Below are positions 33,601-41,331 of a stretch of DNA of 60,898 nt, in pieces. Where the stretch lies: NCBI GenBank assembly GCA_963933885.1, contig CAWVWF010000003.1, positions 1-60,898 of the forward strand, given 5' to 3'. This DNA is from an uncultured Flavobacteriales bacterium. GTDB taxonomy: Bacteria; Bacteroidota; Bacteroidia; Flavobacteriales_C; GCA-002722245. Both the position numbers and the translations under genes were made by a program. Each line of letters begins with the position of its first letter. Position 1 is the first letter of the stretch. Under the pieces are notes generated by a model. The model was not told the DNA's origin. It did no database searches and was given only the letters and a program-made list of their open reading frames with translations.

Positions 33601-36600
33601 AACTTTATAACTTCAATTGTAGATACGAACATGGTTACTTGTAATGCAGTATGTGATGGATCTGCAAAAGCAAATGCTCAAAATGGAGTTCAACCTTATA
33701 CGTTTACTTGGAGTGATCCTTTAGCACAAACAGATAGTTTAGCAACGGGGTTATGTGCCGGACCAGTAACTGTTACAATAGCAGATGCAATTGGATGTAC
33801 ACATAACTTAACGGTTACGATTACAGAGCCAGATGCAATAACAATTTCCTTTATAGATACTTCAGTTTCATGTAATACAATTTGTGATGGATCTGCTGTT
33901 GCAACAATTACCGGAGGAACAACTCCATATTCAGTAATATGGGATGATACAAGAGCAACAGATAGTACTTATGTAGATTCATTGTGTGCAGGAACTTATA
34001 CCATTAGTGTAACAGATTCTAATGCTTGTTTTGATGCATCTGCAGTTATAATTACTGAGCCAGCTGAATTGGTTGCCTTTATAGGAACGTCTAACGATGT
34101 CTCTTGTTTCGGATCAAATGATGGAGCAGCTTCTGCGTTAGGAACAGGAGGAACAACACCATATAACTATTTATGGAGTACAACTGATATTACACAGTCA
34201 ATTTCTAATCTTGGACCTGGGTATATTTCAGTACAAATTACAGATACGAATGGATGTCAAAGTGATACAAATATTACAATCTTAGAACCTGTAATTTTAG
34301 CAACATCAATAACAGATACAACCCACGTATTATGTGGTGGATTCTTAACAGGAGAAGCGATAGTTACTCCAACTGGAGGAACAACACCTTATTCATATGA
34401 TTGGTATGATGCACCAGGATCACAAACAGATTCTACAGCAACAAGTTTACCAGCTGGAACTTATAATGTAGAAGTTGTTGACGCGAATGGTTGTAGAGAT
34501 ACATCAATTGTTACAATAACAGAACCAACAGTATTTACTGCAAGTATTACAAATCAAATAGCAACAAGCTGTTTAGTGTGTGATGGAGAGTTAGCTGTTA
34601 CTCCATTAGGAGGAGTTTTACCATACGCTTATAGCTGGTACGATGCACCAGGAACACCAACGGATTCTTCAGTAACTGGATTATGTGCTTCACTTTACAA
34701 CGTACTTGTAACTGACGGGAATGGATGTACACAGGATATAACAACATTCGTTGTTGGTCCTGGAGGATTAACAGCAGGAATTATTGATTCTTCTATGACA
34801 TCTTGTTTAGGTGTTTGTGATGGGGAAGCTGTAGCAACTGGAGTTGCAGGGACAGCACCATATACTTATACTTGGGATGATCCGGCAGTTACAACAAACG
34901 ACTCTGTAAATAGTCTTTGTGCTGATACATTTAATGTTGTTGTAGAAGATGCTGCAGGGTGTTTAGCATATGCTTCAGTTATTATTACAGAACCAACTTT
35001 ATTAGTCGCTTCAATAACAGACACAAACGCAACTGGATGTGCATCACCTTGTAATGGAGATGCAACTGTAAGCGTTGGAGGAGGAACAGCACCTTACTCA
35101 TATTCTTGGGATGATTGGGCTACTCAAAACACACCAAAAGCAGTTGGACTTTGTGTTGCGCAATATACAGCAACAGTTACCGATGCAAACGGATGTCAGG
35201 ATACAGCAGTTGCTTTTGTAACAGGACCTGGAGGATTAGTAGTTTCAGTAGATTCTACTGTAAATATTACTTGTAATGGAGCTTGTGATGGTAAAACGGC
35301 AATAACTGCTCAAGGTGGGGCAGGAGGATTTACTTACTTATGGACTGATCCAGCTGGAACAACTGACAGTGTCGTAACGGGACTTTGTGCAGGAACATTT
35401 AACGGACAAGTAACTGATGCGAATGGATGTTTAGCATTTGCTAACATTACGATCACTGAACCAGCTGAATTATTAGTAAATATTACAGACAGTTTAGATG
35501 CGGTTTGTAATGGTGGAAATACAGGTTGGGCACTAGTCTCTTACTCAGGAGGAACAGCACCATATACTGTACAATGGAACGATGGAAATAGTCAAACAAC
35601 TGATACAGCAAAAACACTTACAGCAGGAACATATACAGTAACAGTAACCGATGCAAAAGGATGTGTATCTCAAGATGTAATTACGATATCTCAACCATCT
35701 GTTATTTCAGTGAACGTTACTAATTTGGAACATGTAGCTTGTACAGGATTCTGTATTGGAAAAGCAACATTATCTGTGTCAGGTGGAACAGTAGGATCAG
35801 GTTATACATACTTATGGGCACCAAGTGGATTAACTTCTCCAGCGGCAACAGGTTTATGTTCAGGAATGCAAACTTATACTGTTACTGACGGTAATAATTG
35901 TGCTATTGTTGATTCGGTAGAAATCTTAGATTTAAACAACTTCACTTCATTACTTACTGGAACAGATATGAGTTGTAATTCAATATGTGATGGAACAGTA
36001 TTATCAACACCATCTGGAGGAACTTCACCATATACACATTCATGGACTAACGGGGATGCAACACCAGCTCAAAACAGTTTATGTGCAGGAACTTATATCG
36101 ATACAATATACGATGTAAATGGATGTTTTTTTGTAGATAGTATCGAAGTATTAGAACCAACAGTATTTGATGTTGCAATTATTGATAGCTCAAACTTAAA
36201 ATGTTTCAATGTATGTGATGGATTTGCAGTTGCTCAGGGAACAGGGGGAACGTCTCCATATTCATATGGTTGGTATAATGCACCAGTAGTCCAAGTTAAC
36301 GATACTGCAAGTAACTTATGTGCAGCCACTTATTATGTTTTAGCTTCCGATGCAAGAGGGTGTACAGCTGAAGACACAATTTCTTTAATACAACCAGCAG
36401 CAATTACAACATCTATTGATGCACAATCAAATGTGAGTTGTAACGGTGTATGTGACGGTTCAACAACGGTAAGCGCAACTGGAGGTTCAGGAACACTAGA
36501 CTTTAGTTGGGCGGATGGTAGCGCATTAACAACTAGAACAGCTTTATGTGCAAACAACTATGTTATTACAGTTACAGATGATAGTTTGTGTACTGCAGAC

Positions 36601-38271
36601 ATCAATTTAGCTATTACAGAACCTCTAGTATTAAACGCAATCATTACAGATACTTCTCACATAGTTTGTGCAAACATTTGTGATGGAGATGCAACAGTTG
36701 GTCAAACGGGTGGAACAGGACCGTTTACATATGATTGGTATGATGCAGGAAATACTACTTCACCGGCAATCACAGGAAAATGTATTGGAACCTATCATGC
36801 AGAAGTAACGGATGCAAATGGTTGTATCGATACTGCCGAAGTTAAAATTAACAACATAAACGTATTAACTGTATCTATAAACACAACCAATATTAGCTGT
36901 TTTGGATTATGTGATGGTAAATTAGTTGCAGCTCCAACAGGAGGAGTTACTCCATATGTTTACACTTGGAATACAGGAGCAAGCATCGATTCTATCACAG
37001 GACTTTGTCAGGCAAACTATTTCGTAACAATAACAGATAATAACTTGTGTAGTGCAGTAGCTGCAGCAAACATAATTGAACCAGCAAAACTATCCTCTTC
37101 AATAATCGATAGTGCTCACTTAGATTGTAATGGAGTTTGTGATGGGTATGCTCAAGTATCTCCATCAGGAGGAACAAGTCCATATACATATGCATGGAAT
37201 GATCCTTCAGCTCAAACAACAATAACTGCAACAGGATTATGTGCTCAAACATATAAAGTAGTAGTAACGGATGGAAATGGTTGTTTAGATTCTTCTAATG
37301 CATTCTTAACAGAGCCAGCATTAATCTCTTCAAACATTGTAGAAACGCAAGCAAACTGTACAAATACAGCCGATGGATCAGTTGATATCACATCAACAGG
37401 TGGAACAGGATTACATACTTATAGTTGGATAGATGCAGGTGTGTTTAGTTCAACAGATGAAGATCCAACTGGATTAGGAATTGGAAACTATTTTGTAACA
37501 GTTACTGATGCAAATGGATGTACACATCTTGATACAGCATTAATTACAGAAGTGAATATTGTTGTTGCCAATGCAGGAAATGATACTACGATATGTAATC
37601 AAGACTCTGTATTGTTGGTAGGGCAAGGAGGAACAGCATACTCATGGAGTGTAGGAATAAATACAGATTCTATCGTTGTGTCACCAGGAACGACAACAGA
37701 TTATATTTTAACAGTGTTAAACAACGGTTGTTCTGAGAAAGACACAGTAACGGTTAACGTTAATGCGCTTCCAAACCTTACCGCTACAACATCGGATAAT
37801 CTAATTTTAGAAGGTAATTCAGTAATCTTAACAGCATCAGGTGCTGGAGCAGGAGGGATATACGATTGGACACCACCAACAACTTTAAATGATCCAACAA
37901 TTTACAACCCAACATCTACACCTTTAGAAACAACATTGTATACAGTTACTGGAACAGATGCAAATGGATGTATGGATACAGCACAAGTATCAATCACAGT
38001 TGCAACATCAATTGTATTCCCTGATGGTATAACACCAAATGGAGATGGATTGAACGATACTTGGGTAATAGAATTGATAGACGAATTCCCTAACAATGTA
38101 GTACAGATATACAACAGATGGGGTCAATTAGTATTTGAAAACAGAGGATATTTAACACAGTGGAATGGTTTACATAAAGGAAAAGAACTACCAGTTGGTA
38201 CGTACTATTTCTTGATTGATTTAGGAGATAATATGCCTAAATACACTGGACCTATAACCCTAATGAGATAA
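24604..38271 (+). CDS. Giant (4555 aa) SprB-repeat surface protein with a gliding-motility-associated type B T9SS C-terminal domain
   Basis: About 50 repeats of about 78-80 aa (C..CDG.A.V...GGT.PY.Y.W...LCAG.Y.V.VTDANGC). C-terminus FPDGITPNGDGLNDTW...IYNRWGQLVF...LPVGTYYF. N-terminal YWVGGAGEWSD..HW motif. TTG at 24658 is an alternative start. Confidence 0.92.
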   Translation: MLSRTLLITKNIRLKYYELRTFARKKIGLLLVALGTLCTSITAQNYWVGGAGEWSDANHWATTDGGQGGIGVPNKSTDAIFTELSGLNNNDTVKIDSIAFVKRLDFSFLKKSIILSGSLSSNLLVTGDIVFPEELINNFYGYVVMVGSNSSYRMKVFQPGEFNGKKSFIDIYKNARNSELPLAITSITSNVTDATCGCNGVINLTVNGGTGPFAYSWFPNVPALNGDGTNTVIDLCPGKYNVIITDLSDGIPYVESDIVVDGPSPLTIQHLLTDSVNCIGGSDGFIVTLVFGGVAPYTIVWDDAGLQSTPTATGLPIGDYSIQVTDFVGCTAVSGPYTVEEPTVLTSSITDTTHVSCFEVCDGDATVTAGGGSPSYSYSWYDAPGTPTTIQATGLCDGTYHVEITDSRGCLDTSEVIITEPIVLAASISTFTDVVCFGEGNGTANTGVTGGTTTYTYDWYNVGGGPTTPNVSNLSPGTYNVEVTDANGCLDTAEVVIIQPTLLTSSITDTVHVLCNSLCTGEIEVTAAGGTTIYTYDWYDAANESTQRVIGMCAGSYNVEVEDLNGCKDTSTVTLLQPSTAITTSITDTTHNLCFADCDGIAIVTPVGGSPIYLFDWYDLPGGDTDSTASSLCIGTYNVKVTDANGCSDTSTITITEPTILDGTASLTMVDCKSNCSGEIDLSPIGGTTTYTFDWYDAPGTPTTEDVIGLCDGTYNVEITDANGCLDTVTSIIIEPDTLVASIISSANLTCFEECIGNATVDQIGGTGPFGIDWYDHPTASPTTATVNNLCAGTYNVEISDALGCLDTTSIIITEPATAVSSSITDTVHVLCRNVCSGEAEVTAAGGLGGYLYDWYDAPSSPSVIRALALCAGTYHVEIIDASGCLDTSEVIIAEPAGSLTISINDSTNATCNNLCDGTAFATYSGGTSGYVLDWYTSGNQTTDTSFNLCAGTHFVEVTDANGCLDTANITIEEPSPMVITINSATLPTCFGDCDGVMSITPSGGTTPYLYEWYDVVGAPTTSSASGQCAGGYHVEVEDNQGCIDTALVILSEPDSLEHTIDSQTNLLCKNLCSGGASLTPIGGTAGYTVSWYDVVGTPTGTSVNTLCAGTWNFELEDANGCLDSGSVTVTEPALELTSSITDTTHNGCIGDCNGDATVTAVGGTGLITYDWYNSPDSDIDVQAENLCAGTYNVEVADANGCLDTSEVTITEPATSVTISINDSTNATCNNLCDGTAFATYSGGTSGYVLDWYTSGNQTTDTSFNLCAGTHFVEITDANGCLDTANITIEEPSPMVITINSATLPTCFGDCDGVMSITPSGGTTPYLYDWYDVVGAPTTPAAGGQCAGGYHVEVEDGKGCIDTALVILSEPDSLEHTIDSQTHLLCKNLCEGGASLTPIGGTAGYTVTWYDVPATPTGIAINTLCAGTWNFELEDANGCLDSGSVTLTEPALELTSTITDTTHNICFGECNGDATVTAVGGTGLITYDWYNAPDSDTDVQAENLCAGTYNVELEDANGCLDTAVVAIIEPTDITYITTVSNLVCGGVSDGEASVAVSGGIAPYTYDWYDAGNQTNDTATALSAGTYHVEITDANGCLDTAEVIITTPTPVVASIRNDTLHVDCFGNCNGFAVINRTGGSPGYTYNWYDAPGSPTIRTLSNLCAGIYHGEVTDANGCKDTAEVEITQPTLLISSADSLEASCSGVCDGKIWTDYSGGVSPYVVDWYNVPATPGTDTVSAMCNGSYAVEITDANGCLDTAYVAVTAPVVVSTSITDTTHNICFYNCSGEAIVTPIGGSIPYTYDWYDVPGGDTDSTGSNLCVGTFHVEVIDLNGCLDTSEVIITSVSPELTTTTDSILTSCLGLSDGSAIVIASGGQAPYVIDWFENANQFSDTINGLPSGSYKVEITDANICVDTVTAIVTDPAGLVAAISDTTHVLCFDDSSGEAIVTPIGGTVSYTYNWYDVVGGSTDSTASNLPDGTFHVEVTDVNGCLDTGIVTITEAPIVVFGSDSIEATCTGICTGSAIVIPSGGVSPYVYNWYDAGNQTNDTASALCAATYNVEVTDANGCIDTAAIIVTEPITITAIAVDTMPTTCNSGSDGSAVIDGTGGTLPYTYAWNDPLTQTTDTMKNVTAGIYKGSITDVNGCTDTLEFLVIEPLPITAGDSLVNVSCNGICDGYISLNVSGGTGPYTHSWSNGTTDTLISGLCDGTYSDTITDGAGCVDTFTFVITEPDTLKSPITDTLHVTCSYTSNGQAIVTPTGGTAPYTYDWYDAGNDADSVASGILPGTYHVEVTDANGCLDTGIAIINSTPEIVMVTDSVEATCSGICNGIAIVNVTGGTAPYTYDWYDAGNIDNDSIINVCADSFNVALVDVNGCVDTAYVIVTQPVSVTAGFSDTSDVICYDDTTGWATVNGVGGTLPYTYWWSNGTTNDTAIGLSAGVYRAAIIDVNGCSDTADITINQPADWAHVVDSTHASCYTYCDGLVTVTPAGGTGPYTHSWNTGSTNSSIINLCAATYYDTITDSRGCIDTMNVVVSEPDSLEAQPLIINHVLCNGDSTARVRSLAGGGTAPYIYDWGDGQITNNGDTALNIGAGNNQVVLTDSRGCIDTNIFIITEPTSVISSITDTVHANCVCNASAVVTPAGGTSPYTYAWNDLGLTTDSTALGLCTGDYEVEVTDVNGCLDTSLVTIRDTSVFSISITDTNHATCSSICDGSAIVTPSLGTAPFIYAWTDPAVTTDSSVTGLCVGNVSVTVTDGEGCIRFANVAILEPNAISSTPMSISPLCFGDTNAIAWVDVTGGTAPYTHSWDTTSVNDSVYNIGIGTYTDTVSDANGCLDTVSVIVTQPNLLATHIDSLNVNCNGNGDGIAWSIPTGGTTPYTYLWNDLTAAISDTVNNLSPGFFKVIVVDNNGCSDTDSVNITEPLILTSSITDTAHVSCLCTGTATVTPLGGTTPYTYVWSDPLAQTDSLATGLCAGNYNVAVTDGNGCTDTSYVIIRDTSNFITSIVDTNMVTCNAVCDGSAKANAQNGVQPYTFTWSDPLAQTDSLATGLCAGPVTVTIADAIGCTHNLTVTITEPDAITISFIDTSVSCNTICDGSAVATITGGTTPYSVIWDDTRATDSTYVDSLCAGTYTISVTDSNACFDASAVIITEPAELVAFIGTSNDVSCFGSNDGAASALGTGGTTPYNYLWSTTDITQSISNLGPGYISVQITDTNGCQSDTNITILEPVILATSITDTTHVLCGGFLTGEAIVTPTGGTTPYSYDWYDAPGSQTDSTATSLPAGTYNVEVVDANGCRDTSIVTITEPTVFTASITNQIATSCLVCDGELAVTPLGGVLPYAYSWYDAPGTPTDSSVTGLCASLYNVLVTDGNGCTQDITTFVVGPGGLTAGIIDSSMTSCLGVCDGEAVATGVAGTAPYTYTWDDPAVTTNDSVNSLCADTFNVVVEDAAGCLAYASVIITEPTLLVASITDTNATGCASPCNGDATVSVGGGTAPYSYSWDDWATQNTPKAVGLCVAQYTATVTDANGCQDTAVAFVTGPGGLVVSVDSTVNITCNGACDGKTAITAQGGAGGFTYLWTDPAGTTDSVVTGLCAGTFNGQVTDANGCLAFANITITEPAELLVNITDSLDAVCNGGNTGWALVSYSGGTAPYTVQWNDGNSQTTDTAKTLTAGTYTVTVTDAKGCVSQDVITISQPSVISVNVTNLEHVACTGFCIGKATLSVSGGTVGSGYTYLWAPSGLTSPAATGLCSGMQTYTVTDGNNCAIVDSVEILDLNNFTSLLTGTDMSCNSICDGTVLSTPSGGTSPYTHSWTNGDATPAQNSLCAGTYIDTIYDVNGCFFVDSIEVLEPTVFDVAIIDSSNLKCFNVCDGFAVAQGTGGTSPYSYGWYNAPVVQVNDTASNLCAATYYVLASDARGCTAEDTISLIQPAAITTSIDAQSNVSCNGVCDGSTTVSATGGSGTLDFSWADGSALTTRTALCANNYVITVTDDSLCTADINLAITEPLVLNAIITDTSHIVCANICDGDATVGQTGGTGPFTYDWYDAGNTTSPAITGKCIGTYHAEVTDANGCIDTAEVKINNINVLTVSINTTNISCFGLCDGKLVAAPTGGVTPYVYTWNTGASIDSITGLCQANYFVTITDNNLCSAVAAANIIEPAKLSSSIIDSAHLDCNGVCDGYAQVSPSGGTSPYTYAWNDPSAQTTITATGLCAQTYKVVVTDGNGCLDSSNAFLTEPALISSNIVETQANCTNTADGSVDITSTGGTGLHTYSWIDAGVFSSTDEDPTGLGIGNYFVTVTDANGCTHLDTALITEVNIVVANAGNDTTICNQDSVLLVGQGGTAYSWSVGINTDSIVVSPGTTTDYILTVLNNGCSEKDTVTVNVNALPNLTATTSDNLILEGNSVILTASGAGAGGIYDWTPPTTLNDPTIYNPTSTPLETTLYTVTGTDANGCMDTAQVSITVATSIVFPDGITPNGDGLNDTWVIELIDEFPNNVVQIYNRWGQLVFENRGYLTQWNGLHKGKELPVGTYYFLIDLGDNMPKYTGPITLMR
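27255..29165 (+). repeat. Internal tandem duplication with a 951-bp (317-aa, four-repeat) period
   Basis: CAATTAATGATTC at 27311 and 28262; ATGTAGAA at 28181 and 29132. The protein text repeats almost verbatim. End points are approximate. Confidence 0.9.
33475..33758 (+). repeat. Two identical 50-bp segments in adjacent SprB repeats
   Basis: TGGAGTGATCCTTTAGCACAAACAGATAGTTTAGCAACGGGGTTATGTGC at 33475-33524 and 33709-33758, 234 bp apart. Confidence 0.9.
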
Positions 38272-38289
38272 TTAAGTAGAAGAACAGCT

Positions 38290-39606
38290 TTGCAAACGAG
38301 AATAAGAAACATAAAACAACATTTACTCATCCTATTAATTTTAGGATCAGTTGGGGCATATGCTCAGCAAACACCTGTGTTTACACAGTATTTGCTAAAT
38401 AAGTATGTATTTAATCCAGCCGTTACAGGAACCGAAGATCACTTTACTGCAACTGCTAATTATAGATATCAGTGGCAAGGAATTACAGATGCACCTCGAA
38501 CGTATATACTGTCAGTTCATGGTCCACATAAGTTCAAAAATTACGGAATAGGTGGAGCACTATATACAGATGTAACAGGTCCAACAAGTAAAACTGGAGC
38601 ATACTTATCTTATGCATATCATTTAAGAGTAAACATGGATCAAAAGATCTCTCTAGGAATAAGTGGAGGAATCATGCAATACCGAGTTGATGGAACTAAA
38701 ATCACATTAGCAGATCCAGGAGATTTAGTTCTAACAAATTCATTACTTACTAAATTTGTCCCAGATTTTGGATTTGGAGCATATTGGTATAGCGATAAGT
38801 TTTATGTTGGAGTTTCTGTCCCACAATTTATTCAAGCAAGAATCGATTTTTCAGACAATGGAGCACAATCTCTGAGTAAATTAAAATCTCATATTTACAT
38901 GAATGCAGGATACACTTTCAGAATCAATCAAGATTTTGATGTTGAACCTTCCTTTATGTTGAGGTACGCATATCCAGTTATCCCACAATTAGATTTAGGA
39001 GTAAGAGGAATCTACGAAGAACAATTCTATTTAGGACTACTTTACAGAACACAAGATGCACTTTCAATTTTAGCAGGATATCAAACAACTGATGAAAAAT
39101 TCACATTTGGATATTCATACGATATCACAACAAGTAACTTAGATGTCTTCAGTAATGGTTCTCATGAATTCATGATTAAAGCCAAGTTTGGAAACATCAA
39201 GTCTAAATCTAAAAAACGTAAGAAAAAGCTTTCTAAATTGGAACGTTTAGAGCAAAAATTAAGAGAGCTTGAAGAAGCAGAGGAAGAATTAGACGGCGGA
39301 GAATTACAACCTGAAAAAGAAGAAACGGAAGAAGGTGGTATGGAAAACTATGATGACACCAAAGATGACCTTACTGAAGAAAACAAAACAGACGAAAAAC
39401 CACTTCAACAACAATTAATCGAAGTTGAGCAACAAGACCGTGAGCTTCGTTCTAAGGTGAGATCTCTTAGGGACGAAGCAGAATCACAAGGTTACTCTAG
39501 TCCTAACGACCCGGGCTTCCCTAAGCGCCAGGAGTACTTAGATGCATTAGATCAAATCAAAGGTGTTTATAAAAAGAAAAAGGAACTGGATTCTTTGTTA
39601 GATTAA
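38290..39606 (+). CDS. PorP/SprF-family T9SS outer-membrane protein with a long charged C-terminal extension
   Basis: QQTPVFTQYLLNKYVFNPAVTG, YRYQWQGITDAP, FGYSYDITTS.L...SNGSHEFMI. Directly downstream of a type B CTD substrate. Confidence 0.92.
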   Translation: MQTRIRNIKQHLLILLILGSVGAYAQQTPVFTQYLLNKYVFNPAVTGTEDHFTATANYRYQWQGITDAPRTYILSVHGPHKFKNYGIGGALYTDVTGPTSKTGAYLSYAYHLRVNMDQKISLGISGGIMQYRVDGTKITLADPGDLVLTNSLLTKFVPDFGFGAYWYSDKFYVGVSVPQFIQARIDFSDNGAQSLSKLKSHIYMNAGYTFRINQDFDVEPSFMLRYAYPVIPQLDLGVRGIYEEQFYLGLLYRTQDALSILAGYQTTDEKFTFGYSYDITTSNLDVFSNGSHEFMIKAKFGNIKSKSKKRKKKLSKLERLEQKLRELEEAEEELDGGELQPEKEETEEGGMENYDDTKDDLTEENKTDEKPLQQQLIEVEQQDRELRSKVRSLRDEAESQGYSSPNDPGFPKRQEYLDALDQIKGVYKKKKELDSLLD

Positions 39607-39614
39607 TCGTACTC

Positions 39615-39674
39615 GTACTTCTTGATTTGAGTGAAACGGAAATCTAGAAGGTAAACTATCCGATTTATAATCGG
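39615..39674. repeat. Dispersed REP-like palindromic repeat, copy 2
   Basis: TAAACTATCCGATTTATAATCGG (39652-39674), with upstream GTACTTCTTGATTT...AATCTAGAAGG similar to copy 1 at 16461. Confidence 0.55.
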
Positions 39675-39866
39675 TTTTATCACCACCAACTTCAACCCCC
39701 CATCCAAAAAAAAATACCATAATCAAAATTACTGTTCACCTTTAAAAGGGAACCAATTACCATCTCAAATCTGCTCTTTACTCAAAAAAATAATTCTATA
39801 GATCATAAGCTTTATGAAGGCGGTAGTTTTGTATCAACTTAAACAACACAACTAACAATTCAACTT

Positions 39867-40628
39867 ATGAAAAACAGATTTTTAGCAACAGGATTATGCG
39901 CAATAGGACTTTTATTCGGGTCATGTGAAGACAATATTACAGAAGGAAGTACAACCACTACAACTTCAACTCAAGAAAATGAAATAGCAGATGGTAACAT
40001 CAAACACAATCTTGATATTCAAGTAATGAGTACATCCGTTACAGGAAAAACAAACGGTTTACTTGATGCAACTGTAACAATTAGCCAAAACGGAAACGAT
40101 ATAATAGTACAAGTTGGAGCTAGCGGAATTGCAAGTTTTACAAATTTAGCAGAAGGTTATATTTCATATTATGTTGAAGCTACAGGACATGCGTCTTACA
40201 ACGGTTCTACTTATTTAGAATATGATTACGATGTTGATTTGGATGATACTGATGCTCAATTAGTTCAAAGAAGACAATTAGATGTTATGTTACCAAGGCT
40301 TACCGGAGCTGTAAAAGGATCATTTTACCACGAAATAAACAATGTAGATGGTTATTCTACGGGACCAACAACAACAGAAGCCTTTAATTATACAATCACT
40401 TGTAGAGATATTGGATACGAACCAAATGTATTTACAGGAACATGTGATGGAAATGGAAAATTGGATGTAACAGGTTTACCAGAAGGAATTCAGTTAGATA
40501 TTTCGGTTTATACAGTTAAAAATGTAACAGGATACACAGTAGCTTATGATCAAAAGTTTTCTTATCAAGATAATTTCTACATTTTGGCAAGTCAAATAAT
40601 GTACTTAGGATTAGAACGTGTAGATTAA
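39867..40628 (+). CDS. Hypothetical lipoprotein with a prealbumin/carboxypeptidase-regulatory-like beta domain
   Basis: Lipobox LLFGSC. GLLDATVTI...GIASFTNLAEG pattern. Confidence 0.65.
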   Translation: MKNRFLATGLCAIGLLFGSCEDNITEGSTTTTTSTQENEIADGNIKHNLDIQVMSTSVTGKTNGLLDATVTISQNGNDIIVQVGASGIASFTNLAEGYISYYVEATGHASYNGSTYLEYDYDVDLDDTDAQLVQRRQLDVMLPRLTGAVKGSFYHEINNVDGYSTGPTTTEAFNYTITCRDIGYEPNVFTGTCDGNGKLDVTGLPEGIQLDISVYTVKNVTGYTVAYDQKFSYQDNFYILASQIMYLGLERVD

Positions 40629-40629
40629 A

Positions 40630-41322
40630 TTACTCAAACAGGGCGAGTAAACTAGCTTTATTCGCCCTACTTACAGGTAGAGCATTACCATTCTTCAACT
40701 CAATTTCAGAAGATACTTTATTGAAAGAATCAATATGGCTTTTGTTCACCAAAAAGCTTCTGTGAATTCTTAAAAAACCATTTTTAGGAAGTGTATCTTC
40801 TATATGTTTTAAAGTCTTAGAAGTAACAATCTTTTTAGCATCCGTAGTAACAACAGTCGTATAGTTGTTATCTGATTCACAATAAACGATGTCGGAAATA
40901 TTAATCTTATGAATACTATTAGCAGTATTTAATTTGATGAAACCATCAGGAGCAAGAAAAGAACTTTCTGTTCTCTTCGAAAACTTATTTAAAGCAATTT
41001 CCAACTCTTCAGGATCAACAGGTTTCAGTAAATAATCCAACGCTTTATGCTTAATCGCTTTTAAAGCATGTTCTTCCTTTCCGGTTGTAACAATTAACCC
41101 AAAATCAGCATCAGAATGCTGGTCTATGATATCAAAACCGCTTTCATCCCCTAACTCTATATCCAAGAAAATTAAATTGGGTTGAAAGGACTCTAAAATA
41201 GACAATGCAGTTTCAACTGTACTAGCATCCTTAATTTCAATAGGGTGTTTATATACAAGCTTAATTAAATTAATTAATGCATTTTTTGCCTGCACTTCAT
41301 CTTCAATAACTAAGATTTTCAT
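40630..41322 (-). CDS. LytTR-family response regulator
   Basis: Receiver domain (ILVIEDE, IFLDIEL, ALDYLLKP) plus LytTR domain (IVYCESDNNYT, KTLKHIE, FLRIHRSFLVN). Confidence 0.93.
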   Translation of the reverse strand: MKILVIEDEVQAKNALINLIKLVYKHPIEIKDASTVETALSILESFQPNLIFLDIELGDESGFDIIDQHSDADFGLIVTTGKEEHALKAIKHKALDYLLKPVDPEELEIALNKFSKRTESSFLAPDGFIKLNTANSIHKINISDIVYCESDNNYTTVVTTDAKKIVTSKTLKHIEDTLPKNGFLRIHRSFLVNKSHIDSFNKVSSEIELKNGNALPVSRANKASLLALFE

Positions 41323-41331
41323 ATATCACAT

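Noticed and set aside
24738-38114. Several short minus-strand ORFs inside the adhesin
   Set aside because: Antisense to a clearly coding repeat gene, with no recognisable motifs.
24604-38271. Naming the giant gene sprB
   Set aside because: The repeat type and CTD match the family, but orthology to the motility adhesin cannot be shown, and no sprC/sprD neighbours are present.
39732-39740. TGTTCACC (P4 iteron-like) in host DNA
   Set aside because: A single 8-mer without the flanking CTT/GTCCC context; expected by chance.
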